Assembly: GCA_046342775.1 (NCBI GenBank)
Contig: JBKDOR010000095.1
Span: forward strand, 10,152 to 74,151
DNA from: Synechococcaceae cyanobacterium
GTDB taxonomy: Bacteria > Cyanobacteriota > Cyanobacteriia > PCC-6307 > Cyanobiaceae
DNA: 64,000 bases
Direction of reading: 5' to 3'
Numbering within the stretch: position 1 is the stretch's first letter; each line of letters opens with the position of its first letter. Below the pieces are notes generated by a model. That model had not been told where the DNA came from. It searched no databases and was given only the letters and a program-made list of their open reading frames with translations. The position numbers and the translations under genes are program-made. Positions 28,639 to 38,635 of this stretch are shown here, piece after piece.

Positions 28639-29625
28639 ATGAGCGCTATCTATGCCGACAACAGCCTCAGCATCGGCAAAACGCCCCTGGTTCAGCTGAA
28701 CCGCGTCACGGCCGGTTGCGGGGCGCGAGTGCTGGCCAAGATCGAGGGGCGCAACCCCGCCTATTCCGTGAAGTGCCGAATTGGTTCGGCGATGGTCTGG
28801 GAGGCGGAGAAGCACGGGCTGCTGGGGCCGGGGAAGGAGTTGGTGGAGCCCACCAGTGGGAATACCGGCATCGCCCTGGCCTTTGTGGCGGCCTCCCGCG
28901 GCATTCCCCTCACCTTGACGATGCCGGAGACGATGAGCCTGGAGCGGCGCAAACTGCTCACCTCCTTCGGGGCCCATCTGCTGCTCACCGAAGGCAGACT
29001 CGGCATGGGGGGCGCGATCGCTGCGGCGCGACAGCTGGCCGCTTCCGATCCGGATCGCTACGTGATCCTTCAGCAGTTCTCCAACCCGGCCAATCCCCAG
29101 ATCCACCACGACACCACAGGGCCTGAGATCTGGGACGACACGGAAGGCCAGCTGGATGTGTTGGTGGCGGGCGTGGGCACGGGCGGCACGATCACCGGGG
29201 TAAGCCGTTACATCAAAACAACCCTGCAGAAGCCACTGGTCTCCGTGGCGGTGGAGCCGGCCAACAGCCCCGTGATCAGCCAGACCTTGGCCGGCGAGCC
29301 ACTCCAGCCCGGACCCCACAAGATCCAGGGGATCGGTGCTGGATTCGTGCCTGAAAACCTAGATCTGTCGCTGCTGGATCGGGTTGAAACGGTGAGTGAT
29401 GAGGAGGCGGTGACGATGGCACGGCGTTTGATCCGCGAGGAGGGAATCCTGGCCGGGATTTCCTGCGGCGCCGCCACGGTGGCAGCCCGGCGGCTGGCCC
29501 GCGAAGACGCCTTCGCCGGCCGCACCATCGTGGTGGTCTTACCGGATACCGGTGAGCGTTATCTGAGTTCGGTGTTGTTTGAAGGCATGTTCAATGAACG
29601 GGGCCTGGCCGCAGTGGGTGCCTGA
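28639..29625 (+). CDS. cysK: Cysteine synthase A
   Basis: [14 protein letters not shown] lysine motif, [28 protein letters not shown]. Confidence 0.97.
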   Translation: MSAIYADNSLSIGKTPLVQLNRVTAGCGARVLAKIEGRNPAYSVKCRIGSAMVWEAEKHGLLGPGKELVEPTSGNTGIALAFVAASRGIPLTLTMPETMSLERRKLLTSFGAHLLLTEGRLGMGGAIAAARQLAASDPDRYVILQQFSNPANPQIHHDTTGPEIWDDTEGQLDVLVAGVGTGGTITGVSRYIKTTLQKPLVSVAVEPANSPVISQTLAGEPLQPGPHKIQGIGAGFVPENLDLSLLDRVETVSDEEAVTMARRLIREEGILAGISCGAATVAARRLAREDAFAGRTIVVVLPDTGERYLSSVLFEGMFNERGLAAVGA

Positions 29626-29674
29626 TGCGGGATGGACAAGGCGACAACCCGAAGCCTTGATTCCCGAATCGACA

Positions 29675-29701
29675 AGAAAACCCGGCAGTGCCGGGTTTTC
29701 T
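29675..29701. terminator. Bidirectional hairpin terminator between convergent cysK and the PII gene
   Basis: AGAAAACCCGGCA-G-TGCCGGGTTTTCT inverted repeat. Confidence 0.8.
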
Positions 29702-29805
29702 CCATGGAGGCTGAGACTGATCAAAGGAATCAACACGGATTGGGGCCAGCACTGAGCAAGAAAACTTGTGAAGCCCTGAGCCGTGTTGAAAACTCCTTTA
29801 GATTG

Positions 29806-30144
29806 CTAGATGGCGGCTGTCCCCCGTTCGCCCGTGCGGATGCGAAGCGCAGTTTCCACGGGGGTCACGAAGATTTTGCCATCACCGATCTCGCCGGTGT
29901 GGGCGGCCTCGGCGATCGCTGTCAGCGCGGCTTCCACCTTGTCGTCGTTGACAACCGTGACGATTTTCACCTTGGGGAGGAACTCCACGGTGAACTCATT
30001 GCCTCGATAGCGCTCAACCTGCCCCTTCTGCCGGCCGAAACCCCGGGCATCAGTGATGGTCATGCCGACCACCTCGAGGGCAACGAGGGCCGTCTTGACG
30101 GCATCGACGCGGGTGGGGCGAACCAGAGCTGTGATCATTTTCAT
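29806..30144 (-). CDS. P-II family nitrogen regulator (amt-linked, GlnK-like paralog)
   Basis: RGFGRQKG, TGEIGDGKIF, RIRTGE; 112 aa; 17 bp downstream of amt. Confidence 0.95.
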   Translation of the reverse strand: MKMITALVRPTRVDAVKTALVALEVVGMTITDARGFGRQKGQVERYRGNEFTVEFLPKVKIVTVVNDDKVEAALTAIAEAAHTGEIGDGKIFVTPVETALRIRTGERGTAAI

Positions 30145-30160
30145 GGTAGGACCTCGTGGA

Positions 30161-31612
30161 TCAATTGGTCATGGGATCGTAGGCTTCCTCGCCGTGGGCC
30201 ACAAAGTCGAGACCGCGATCTTCGGAAACTGGCGTTACCCTTGTGCCGATGATCGCCGCGAGCGCCCAAACAATCACGGCAGTAAGAATGCCTACAAAAA
30301 GGTAGGAAAAAACTACAGCCTTGAGTTGGGCGAAGAAGAGACCGACATTGCCGGACTCCTTCATGATCTTCGCAGATAGAGGAAAATAATCCTCGGGCAC
30401 CATGGAGGCGGTGGCGAAGATTCCGGTCAGCAAGGCCCCCACCGTGCCGCCGACCCCGTGGACCATGAAGGTGTCGAGGGAATCATCGAATTTGATGGCG
30501 GCTTTGATCCGCACGGCAATGAAGCAGGCGGCTGCAGTGACGGCACCGAAGATGAGAGAGGAGCTGATGTAGACAAAACCCGCCGCTGGAGTGATGCCGA
30601 CAAGCCCAGCAACCGCACCGGTGGCTGCACCAACGGCCGTTGGCTTGCCATCCTTGAACCATTCGATCAGACACCAGGTCAACAAGCCGGCCGAGGCCGA
30701 CGTGGTGGTGGTTACAAAGGGGTAACCTGCGGTCTTGGCGGCAAACATGCTGGCTCCGTTGAATCCGAACCAACCGAACCACAGCAAGCCTGCTCCCAAT
30801 AGAATGAAGGGTACGTTGTGGGGTGGGCGTATGTTGTCTGGGTAAGTGGTGCGAGAGCCAATGATCGCCGATGCAACAAGAGCGGCGACTCCCGAGGCGA
30901 TGTGCACAACGGTACCGCCGGCAAAGTCGATGGCGCCAATGGCACCGAAGGGACCAAGGAAGCCGCCGCCCCAAACCATCTTGGTCATCGGCGAATAGAC
31001 GACCAAGCTCCAAATCAGGCAGAACCAGAACCAAAACTTGAAGCTCACCCGTTCCACCAGGGCGCCGGAGATCAGGGCCGGAGTGATGATGGCGAACATC
31101 CCCTGGAACAGGGCAAAGGAGGAGGCTGAGATGGCCAGGCCATCCGCGAAGGGCGCGTCGCCGAGTTCGCCACCCACCCCGTTGAGCCACATCGCACCAA
31201 GACCACCGATGAAGGGGCTCTTGAAACCGGTATCGAAGGCGAGGCTATAGCCGATCACCACCCAGAGAACACCGATCAGCCCCATCATGAAGAAGCTCAT
31301 CATCATCGTGTTGAGCACGTTCTTTGAGCGGGTGAAGCCGCCGTAGAAGAAGGCCAATCCTGGGGTCATCAATAACACCAGGGCCGAGCCGATCAGCATC
31401 AGCAGGTTGTCGGCACCATCGGTGGGCAGCTTCTGCAGGGCCGCGTGGGCGGAGCCGGCGAGCAGGGGCAGCACTCCCGCACCAGAGGCCAGCAGCAGCA
31501 TGGCGAAGCGGCGCAGCTGGGGCTCCTGCACGCCTGCCAGCACCGCGGTGCGGAAACGGTCAAAGGTGGCCCCGACGGACGCACCTCCACCGGACAGGAC
31601 AGTCCGTGGCAT
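30161..31612 (-). CDS. amt1: Ammonium transporter
   Basis: TPGLAFFYGG, FQGMFAIITPALISGA, DFAGGTVVH, WFGWFGFNG, DDSLDTFMVHG; AGGAGAGG upstream of the ATG. Confidence 0.96.
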   Translation of the reverse strand: MPRTVLSGGGASVGATFDRFRTAVLAGVQEPQLRRFAMLLLASGAGVLPLLAGSAHAALQKLPTDGADNLLMLIGSALVLLMTPGLAFFYGGFTRSKNVLNTMMMSFFMMGLIGVLWVVIGYSLAFDTGFKSPFIGGLGAMWLNGVGGELGDAPFADGLAISASSFALFQGMFAIITPALISGALVERVSFKFWFWFCLIWSLVVYSPMTKMVWGGGFLGPFGAIGAIDFAGGTVVHIASGVAALVASAIIGSRTTYPDNIRPPHNVPFILLGAGLLWFGWFGFNGASMFAAKTAGYPFVTTTTSASAGLLTWCLIEWFKDGKPTAVGAATGAVAGLVGITPAAGFVYISSSLIFGAVTAAACFIAVRIKAAIKFDDSLDTFMVHGVGGTVGALLTGIFATASMVPEDYFPLSAKIMKESGNVGLFFAQLKAVVFSYLFVGILTAVIVWALAAIIGTRVTPVSEDRGLDFVAHGEEAYDPMTN

Positions 31613-31673
31613 GTGGGGGGAAACCTCTCCTAAGTTCACTGCGTAACAGTGGACCCGTGGGAACACCCCTCTC

Positions 31674-31689
31674 TGTAGCGATGGAAACA
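31674..31689. promoter_or_regulatory. Putative NtcA site upstream of amt
   Basis: TGTA-GCGATGGA-AACA (GTA-N8-AAC, one mismatch to GTA-N8-TAC); a second GTT-N8-AAC at 31634-31647. Confidence 0.5.
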
Positions 31690-32217
31690 GAGTGGCGATG
31701 CCGAGCCACCAAGTGCCGGTTTGTGAACATCCCCAGCGCAGCGAATGGCGTGCTGGCTGGGGCTCGCTATGCGCGACGAGACGCTCCAGCCCCCACCCGG
31801 GGCGGTGTCACGGGGCCCTGCTGAGGAGACGGGGCGACTCAGGGTGATCCTTCGGCCTCCGACCTGGTGATCCAGGGATTGAGCACGGCAACAAGCCGAG
31901 GATCCGTGCGCTGGTCCTCGGCTTGATTCCGGGGGGCCGGATGGCGGAGACATCTGACGGGCGCAGCCGCATGACCCATGTCAGATTCGCTGCTCTGCAA
32001 GCCGACAATCTTTCCACTGCACGATCCCGATGCGACTATTCCTTACCCCGATAAGCGTAGCAAGGGTGCGGCTGATGCGGTGCGCTACTGGCCTACCCAG
32101 AGCGTTTCAAGCCCGGTAGATTGGCTTGCGGTGATACTGGGTGCAACCAGGGACCCAACCAGCTCAGATCCGGTCCCAGCCCAACATGTTCTCTCGCCTC
32201 CCTCCTCTCATCAGGAT

Positions 32218-33552
32218 ATGCCTGCTCAAGGATCTGAAATTGTCGACCATGACCTGCGCGTCGGCCTCGCCGGAACCCAGTCTGTGCAGGCCTTGGAATG
32301 GGACCAGCTGACGGAGCAAGCGTTGCCTGAGCCCGATCGGCGCAACGGCCCCACCTCTTCGCAGGCTCGGCTGCGCCTGTTCGGCCACGGGCTGGCGGAT
32401 GTTCGGGTCACCCTGTATCGCGATCATCATGCCTGGTGTCCTTATTGCCAGAAGATTTGGTTGTGGCTGGAGGAAAAACGCATTCCATATCGGGTGAAGA
32501 AGGTGGCGATGGTGTGCTATGGCCAAAAGGAGAGTTGGTATCGACGCTTGGTGCCCAGCGGCATGCTTCCGGCGCTGGAACTCGATGGCGAACTGTATAC
32601 CGAAAGCGATCGGATCCTTGCGGCCCTTGAGCGTTGCTTTGGCCCCTTGGCGGCGCCCATGGACGCTCCCGCCGTGCTAGAGCTGCGCCACCTTGAACGA
32701 CTGTTGTTTCAAGCCTGGTGCCAGTGGCTCTGCACACCGGGTCTGAGATCGGATGGAGAAGGTCGCGCCCAGGACGCCTTTGAAAGGATCGCCGCCCAGT
32801 TCGCGGCCGCCCTCGACGCACGGCCCGGGGCGTTCCTGCTGGGCCGCGGCAGCGATGACGGCCCTGGAACGGCGGATCTGATCTTTGTTCCCTACGTGGA
32901 GCGGATGAGCGCCTCCCTGGCGTACTACAAGGGGTATCTGCTGCGGCAGAGGCACCCCGCCATTGACCGCTGGCTGGTCGCCCTCGAGCAGCGGCCCACC
33001 TATCTCGGCTGTCAGTCTGACTTCCACACCCATGCCCATGATCTGCCGCCACAGATGGGCGGCTGCTACGCCAGCGGCACTGAAGTGCAGCGCCAACTGG
33101 CCCAACGCATCGACAGAGGTCCTTGGCCGATTCTCTTGGGAACAGATCACGCCGATTGGGATCCGGAAACCAGTCAGCCCGAACCCCCTCAGGCCGCCTC
33201 AGAAGCGCTGAGCCGTGTCCTGCGCCATCGCGAGCCCCTGCTGGCCCGTTCCGCCACCGGCGGCCCCCAGTTCGAGCAACCGTTGCGTTGTGCTCTAACA
33301 ACCCTGATCTGCGCCCAACCAAGTGTCCCGCCGGCGGGATCAGCCGCCAGCCTCCGCTATCTGCGCGATCGCATCAGCGTTCCGCGCGACATGAGCCTGC
33401 ATGCGGCGCGGCGCTTGCGCCAGGCCCTCGAGGTCACGGCACGCCTGGACCCCGTATTCCCGGAGGGCGTGTCCGTGCCGGTGTCCAAACGGGACCGCCT
33501 GGATCAGAATCCGGCTCCCTTCCTGCCGACTGAGGCCAATCAGCTCTTCTAA
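32218..33552 (+). CDS. Glutathione S-transferase family protein (cyanobacterial)
   Basis: LYRDHHAWCPYCQKIWLWLEEK, LVPSGMLPALELDG, SDFHTHAHDLPPQMGGC; start uncertain. Confidence 0.88.
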   Translation: MPAQGSEIVDHDLRVGLAGTQSVQALEWDQLTEQALPEPDRRNGPTSSQARLRLFGHGLADVRVTLYRDHHAWCPYCQKIWLWLEEKRIPYRVKKVAMVCYGQKESWYRRLVPSGMLPALELDGELYTESDRILAALERCFGPLAAPMDAPAVLELRHLERLLFQAWCQWLCTPGLRSDGEGRAQDAFERIAAQFAAALDARPGAFLLGRGSDDGPGTADLIFVPYVERMSASLAYYKGYLLRQRHPAIDRWLVALEQRPTYLGCQSDFHTHAHDLPPQMGGCYASGTEVQRQLAQRIDRGPWPILLGTDHADWDPETSQPEPPQAASEALSRVLRHREPLLARSATGGPQFEQPLRCALTTLICAQPSVPPAGSAASLRYLRDRISVPRDMSLHAARRLRQALEVTARLDPVFPEGVSVPVSKRDRLDQNPAPFLPTEANQLF

Positions 33553-33556
33553 GAAG

Positions 33557-34114
33557 GTGGTTGAGCCGCTGTGCGGCGTGAGGGGGAACCGGGCGCTGTC
33601 CTCGGTGCTGGTTCTCTGCGTTGCAGCGGCTGCGGCGCCGCTCTTTGCCCTGGAGCTGCGCGGGCGCAACGTCTTTGTGCGGCCTCCGTCAGAGGTCCGG
33701 CTGATCACGTATTCCTCCACAACCTGGTCCCCGTCGGAGTATTTTCTGACGATCGAGATGCCACCAGAGGCCGATGCGCCCCTCGGCGCACTGACGATTC
33801 GGCAGATCGGCGGGGTCGATCGACAGTTCCCATTTTTCGTGGACCGCACCAGGGCATTCTTGGGACGGCCGCGCCAGGAAGGACGGGAGGTGCCTGTAGA
33901 GGTCCGCTTCGTCAGCAGCGAGAGACTCTTTACATTGGCATTCCCTGAAGCAATCGCACCAGGCTCAACGATGTCCGTGGCCCTGGTCCCCTGGTTGAAC
34001 CCCTCCCAAGCAGATGTGTATGCATTTGAAGTGATAGCTTATCCTGCTGGAATGAATCCAGAGGCCAGCCCGGTTGGCGTTGTCAATTTGCGAATCTACG
34101 ATCCGTTTGATTAA
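33557..34114 (+). CDS. DUF2808 domain protein
   Basis: Signal-like N-terminus; EYFLTIEMP, LGALTIRQ, NPSQADVYAFEVIAYPAG. Confidence 0.75.
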   Translation: MVEPLCGVRGNRALSSVLVLCVAAAAAPLFALELRGRNVFVRPPSEVRLITYSSTTWSPSEYFLTIEMPPEADAPLGALTIRQIGGVDRQFPFFVDRTRAFLGRPRQEGREVPVEVRFVSSERLFTLAFPEAIAPGSTMSVALVPWLNPSQADVYAFEVIAYPAGMNPEASPVGVVNLRIYDPFD

Positions 34115-34273
34115 GCTCAGAAGGAAAGGTCGACAACGATAAGTGGGGAAATGGCGTTGTCCATTGGATCATCGTCAAGCTTGCTGGAGCGGTGCCAGGG
34201 ATTGGCTCGGAGGAGGTCGCCTGAATCAGAACATCACCCCCTGACACGGTGATGTGCCAATCGCAGCACGGCC

Positions 34274-34549
34274 TCAGCTCCCAGGAGCCCGCACGGTGCG
34301 CCAGCAGCCACTGGTGGTGCTGACCTCAACGCCGATGGCGGGATGCACCTGCCCCTGGCCGTTTTCCTCCCACCAGGCGAGGGCCTCGGACCAGGCGGCG
34401 TCAAGGCTGTCGTAGGTGTCGTCAAGCACAGGATGGGGGTCACCCTCCTGATCCACCAGCCGATAGGACCGATGGCTGGAGGGCGCGGAGTGAGGCCTGG
34501 TTCCGGTCTTGGACAAGGAAGCAACTGGAGAGGGGGATGCAGACACCAT
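34274..34549 (-). CDS. Conserved small hypothetical protein
   Basis: YRLVDQEGDPHPVLDDTYDSLDAAWSEA...GVEVSTTSGCWRTVR. Confidence 0.7.
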   Translation of the reverse strand: MVSASPSPVASLSKTGTRPHSAPSSHRSYRLVDQEGDPHPVLDDTYDSLDAAWSEALAWWEENGQGQVHPAIGVEVSTTSGCWRTVRAPGS

Positions 34550-34661
34550 CAGGAACCGTTTCAAGCTCAGAACATCCTCACCGCTGTGCCAACCTGAAAC
34601 TGTCACCTGTGCAACATCTGTCGGTGCTGATCCCCCACACCGCAAGGGTGCTCCCGGCTGC

Positions 34662-35132
34662 TTAACGCAGATACCGACGCACCACCGGACGACACCAAAA
34701 CAGCAGCCCGCCCAGGTTGGAAAGCCAGAGCAATGGTGCCAGCACCAGCAGCTGGGGGCGATCGGCGGGCTCCAGCACGAGCCGAACGATTCCGTAGGGC
34801 AGCGACACGGCCAGGCTGAGGGAAAGGGCCACGATGGCCAGGATCTGGCCCCAGTGCCGCCAGCGCAACAGGGCCGCGCTGGCCACGATCCCCACCACAG
34901 CGGCGGGCAACACGCCTCCCGCAGCCACGGCGATGTTGGTGGCCCGCCAGGTGGGGTTCCAGAGGATGAACGCCAGCGCCAAAGGGAGCACAAGGATGTT
35001 GGCGAACAAACCCACCCACGCCAGAGGGCGATAACCCAGTGGCGGATCCAACCGGGTGACCTCCAGCGGTAGCCCCGTGTCGTCGGCTTGAAGCCGCACC
35101 ATCGGGCGGATGATCCGGGTCTGCTCAGCCAT
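34662..35132 (-). CDS. Membrane hypothetical protein (about 4 TM)
   Basis: Hydrophobic helices; overlaps the upstream gene. Confidence 0.7.
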   Translation of the reverse strand: MAEQTRIIRPMVRLQADDTGLPLEVTRLDPPLGYRPLAWVGLFANILVLPLALAFILWNPTWRATNIAVAAGGVLPAAVVGIVASAALLRWRHWGQILAIVALSLSLAVSLPYGIVRLVLEPADRPQLLVLAPLLWLSNLGGLLFWCRPVVRRYLR

Positions 35133-35490
35133 GGCGCTGCACCGGGCCATCCCGGTCCGAGCGGAACACCAGATCGAAATCGGCGAGGCATTCGCTAGCG
35201 GCCTCCACCAAGTCCCGGAGCCGTTCCAAGGTCTGCGGGGATCCCTTGCCCATCGGTTCCTGGCTCATCAGCACCATTTCCAAAACAGGCCCTTCAGTTC
35301 TTGCTTGCACATCGGCGAAGAGCTGGAGGCGCAGGCTTTCGCCGCTAGAACGCAGCATCGCACTGAGATGGGTCGGGGTGCGGTGATCGATCTCAGCGCT
35401 GAGCTGCTGCATCAGGGGCTCGAGCTGGGGGATCAGCAACTCGGGCCCCGATGGCGTGCGCGGGCGGAACACCAGCAGGAATCGGGCCAT
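35125..35490 (-). CDS. Conserved hypothetical protein
   Basis: 121 aa ORF co-oriented and overlapping with 34662-35132. Confidence 0.65.
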   Translation of the reverse strand: MARFLLVFRPRTPSGPELLIPQLEPLMQQLSAEIDHRTPTHLSAMLRSSGESLRLQLFADVQARTEGPVLEMVLMSQEPMGKGSPQTLERLRDLVEAASECLADFDLVFRSDRDGPVQRHG

Positions 35491-35565
35491 GGCCAGGGGT
35501 GATTGCTGCCATCCTGACCGGCCGCTGCCCCCTGGAGGTGTGGTGCGGCGAGCCCGATCCCGTGG

Positions 35566-36675
35566 TTAGGGGAGCACACGGCCGAAGGCACTGGCGATGA
35601 CGATCGCTGGCTCGGAGGCGACATCAACGCTGAAGGAGCGAGTTTCCTGGTGGCGGTTGCCATCGGACTGGACCAGGCTCAGCACCCCCTCCAGCTCAAC
35701 GGTGGTGCCTCTCTGGCCGGTGATCCACAGATCCAGGATCGAGACCTGCTCGTAGGCCTCCAGGCTGCCGGGTTGGAACTGATCGGCCGCCTCAGCGCCG
35801 ACATAACCGCGGGCGCGCTCATAGTCCTTGGCGGCGAGTGCCGCATACAACTGCTGCACACTGTTGATGGCCCGCTGTTGGGCTGCCGCGGGCTCCTCGG
35901 GCGCTGTGGTCGCCCCCGGGGTCTGCGTGGGCTCGGGAGTCGCGCTTGCTGTTGTTGGAGCCGCGATCAAAGGCGAGGTCGCGGGGGCGGCAGCCAGGCT
36001 GGGGGCGGGTCGGGGAGATGGCACTGGAAGGCCCCGATCCAGCGAGGCGCTGGAGGGACCGGGACTCGGCTTGCGGCCGATGCCGATGCCCAGCCCCAGG
36101 GCGAGGGCCAACGGCAGCAGCACACCGCCAAGGAAGGCCAGCGCGGTGAACAGGAAGGTTTTGGCGCCGGCGAACCGGCTCGTAACGCCACCACGGCGCC
36201 CTGCCGTGGCTGATGCGGACGGGGTGAGCTCAGGCCGGGGATCCGGGGACGGGGTTGGCTGGGCTGCCGTCGGCGATCCCGCCGGTCGGGGCGGCGGGGC
36301 GGGCGCGGCGACAGCCCAGGACGTCCGCGGCTGTTGGGGGCTGGCGCCACTACCAGCGCCAGGGGGCGGCAGGTTCAGCAGGCCTGCCAGGACCGGCTGC
36401 AGGCGGCGGCACAGATCGCTGGCGTAGATCTGCCCGAGCTCCAAGTTCCAGGCGTTCAACAGCGCCGGGCCGGTAAGGGGCGGATCGCGTTCCACCGCCG
36501 TGACAAACGCCGCTGATGTCACCAAAAAGCAGAGCGGTGCGCAGAAATCCTGGTGGTCTTCGGCACAGAGATCCCGGATCACAGCCTCCAGACGCTGGCC
36601 CTGGGCGCGCCCCATCCGCTGCCGTTGCCGCAGCACCTGATCCCGCAGGGATTCGCCGAGCTGGTGGGGGGTCAT
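35566..36675 (-). CDS. Bitopic membrane protein: helical N-domain, Pro-rich linkers, TM helix, C-terminal NTF2/SnoaL-like domain
   Basis: TM helix FLFTALAFLGGVLLPLALALGLGI; C-terminus AINSVQQLYAALAAKDYERARGY...VELEGVLSLVQSDG. Confidence 0.7.
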   Translation of the reverse strand: MTPHQLGESLRDQVLRQRQRMGRAQGQRLEAVIRDLCAEDHQDFCAPLCFLVTSAAFVTAVERDPPLTGPALLNAWNLELGQIYASDLCRRLQPVLAGLLNLPPPGAGSGASPQQPRTSWAVAAPAPPPRPAGSPTAAQPTPSPDPRPELTPSASATAGRRGGVTSRFAGAKTFLFTALAFLGGVLLPLALALGLGIGIGRKPSPGPSSASLDRGLPVPSPRPAPSLAAAPATSPLIAAPTTASATPEPTQTPGATTAPEEPAAAQQRAINSVQQLYAALAAKDYERARGYVGAEAADQFQPGSLEAYEQVSILDLWITGQRGTTVELEGVLSLVQSDGNRHQETRSFSVDVASEPAIVIASAFGRVLP

Positions 36676-36751
36676 CGCGGCAGTGCCGACCGGGGAAGGG
36701 ACAAATCCTGCAACGGCCGGACGCATCTCGCTGAGGAATGCGCCGCGGCAC

Positions 36752-38635
36752 TCATGGCAGCCGCCTGGACGGGGCAACCGAGGGCGCTGCTGACGGTGCA
36801 GCCGACGGGGCTGCTGGCGCTGCAACCGACGGGGCTGCTGACGGTGCCTTGGCCCTTGGGGATGGTGCCCGTGGGCGGGAGGCGCTGGGAAGCTCCCCAG
36901 ACGCCTCTGTCTCGGCGTGACCCTCCCCGCCGGTTCGCCCTGGCGTGGCACGCCAGCGCTGGTCGAGCACCTTGATCAACGCTTCGCAGGCGCCAAGCCG
37001 CTGCAGCCGCCGCCGGGCGACTCCCGGGGCTGTTGCCGCTTCATCACTCCAGGCGATCAACGCCCCCAACGGATCGTTCGCGTAGCCGGCCAGAGCATCG
37101 GCCGCCAGGCTCGCGGGTTGACGGCGCAGCCGCTCGAAGCTGGCCTTGCGGGCGCTGAACAGCTCCATCAAGCGACTGTCCAGGCTTGCGCTGGCGGGGC
37201 GATCCCGCGGGTTCGAGGTGCGACCACAGAGCTCGGCCACCAGGCGCTGCAGGACCTGCTCTTGGGCAGGGGGCAGGGTCTCGGAGTCTCTGCCGGGTTG
37301 CGACCCGGGCGACGACAAACGGCGAGGGGAGGTTGGGCTTGGGGAGGGTGGCTGCGAGACCGGAGCCCGCGCCACCGGGTGCAGCAGGGCCAGCAGACCG
37401 AGACCGAGCCCCAGCAGCGCCGCGCCGAGCCAGACCATCCTGGCTCTGGACGGCGTGTCGGTTGGGCCAGCCTCCGCTCCAGCCCGAGCCGGCGGCCGCA
37501 CACCTGCTGCGGCAGGCCCGCCCGGGGTCTTCGCGCCGCGGCGATCCTTGAGCTGGGACCTTGTGGGCAAGCCCAACGGCCCGCCCCGCCCTGTGGATCG
37601 GGGCTGGACAATCCAGGCGCCCGCCTGGCGGCCGGCGCCCCAGCTGCGGCCAGCATCTCCGTGCCCCGGGGCGGCAGGACCCGTTTGGTCGTCGCTGGCT
37701 TGCCCCCAAGCGGCGATCGCCACGCTGATGTCATCACCGCTGCCGTGACTGCTGATGCGATCCAGCGCGGCGGCCAGGCAGCGCTCCGCCACCTCCTCCC
37801 GCCGCGGCGCTTCTGGCGCTGTCGGCGCCAGCTGCTCAGGCGGAGAACCCTGGCGTATGGCTTCAGGCACCCAAGCGTCTGGATCCTGGGTTTCGGGGTC
37901 ACCCTGGCCAGCCTCTCCAGGAGCCAGATCGCAGAGGAAGTCGGCCAGGGTGAAGAAGTCGGCGTCGCTGCCGCAGGACTTGCGCAGGCCATCGCTGCTC
38001 AGCAGCAGGCGGAAGGGCGCCGCCGACTGCGGCAGCGCCTGCCAGCCGCTACGGGCGGCGAAACAGCTCTCGGCGCCCTCCATGCAGAGGGACTCGGTGG
38101 CTTCCGCATCGCCCCCGTGCCAGGGCTCCTGGCTGATGATCCGCCCCCCATGCTCCGCGGACAGCTCCAGCAGATCCCAGTCGCCCAGGCCGGTGTGCCC
38201 CCAGCCGCTGGGGGTGAGCACCAGCAGCCCCAGGGTCGCGCCGTAGGGAATCGGCGAAAAGCGGTTGAGGGGCTGGCCCAGGCCGGTGGTCCAGTGGTCA
38301 GCCACAGCTCGGCGCCAACCCGCCACGACCTTCTCCGGCAGGTCTTGGCTGAGCCAGCCTCGCCAGGCCTCGGCGCTCAGCAGGGCGGTGTCGCGCTGGC
38401 GAAGGTCCTGGGCCGCCTCGCCCAGGGCGATCTCGCAGGCCAGGCGGCTACCCGTGGCGCTGTGGGGATGCTGGGCCGCCCCGTGGCCATCGGACACGGC
38501 CAGAAGGGCGACGGCACGGCCCTGGCGATCCTGGGAGACGACCCAACCGCTGGCATCCTGGCAAGGCAGCTCCCGCCGCCTGTGCGAGGCGCCTTGGCGG
38601 CTTTCGCAGCGAGGAATGGACCAGCGGTTCACCAC
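36752..38635 (-). CDS. PP2C-type protein phosphatase (TerY-P triad) with TM helix and C-terminal extension
   Basis: SRQGASH...PCQDA, AVSDGHG, GLGDW, LSSDGL, GSGDDISVA; TM helix WLGAALLGLGLGLLALL. Confidence 0.88.
   Translation of the reverse strand: MVNRWSIPRCESRQGASHRRRELPCQDASGWVVSQDRQGRAVALLAVSDGHGAAQHPHSATGSRLACEIALGEAAQDLRQRDTALLSAEAWRGWLSQDLPEKVVAGWRRAVADHWTTGLGQPLNRFSPIPYGATLGLLVLTPSGWGHTGLGDWDLLELSAEHGGRIISQEPWHGGDAEATESLCMEGAESCFAARSGWQALPQSAAPFRLLLSSDGLRKSCGSDADFFTLADFLCDLAPGEAGQGDPETQDPDAWVPEAIRQGSPPEQLAPTAPEAPRREEVAERCLAAALDRISSHGSGDDISVAIAAWGQASDDQTGPAAPGHGDAGRSWGAGRQAGAWIVQPRSTGRGGPLGLPTRSQLKDRRGAKTPGGPAAAGVRPPARAGAEAGPTDTPSRARMVWLGAALLGLGLGLLALLHPVARAPVSQPPSPSPTSPRRLSSPGSQPGRDSETLPPAQEQVLQRLVAELCGRTSNPRDRPASASLDSRLMELFSARKASFERLRRQPASLAADALAGYANDPLGALIAWSDEAATAPGVARRRLQRLGACEALIKVLDQRWRATPGRTGGEGHAETEASGELPSASRPRAPSPRAKAPSAAPSVAAPAAPSAAPSAAPSVAPSRRLP
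36760..36850 (-). repeat. Degenerate 12-bp tandem repeat encoding AAPS units at the PP2C C-terminus
   Basis: SAAPSVAAPAAPSAAPSAAPSVAPS. Confidence 0.7.
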
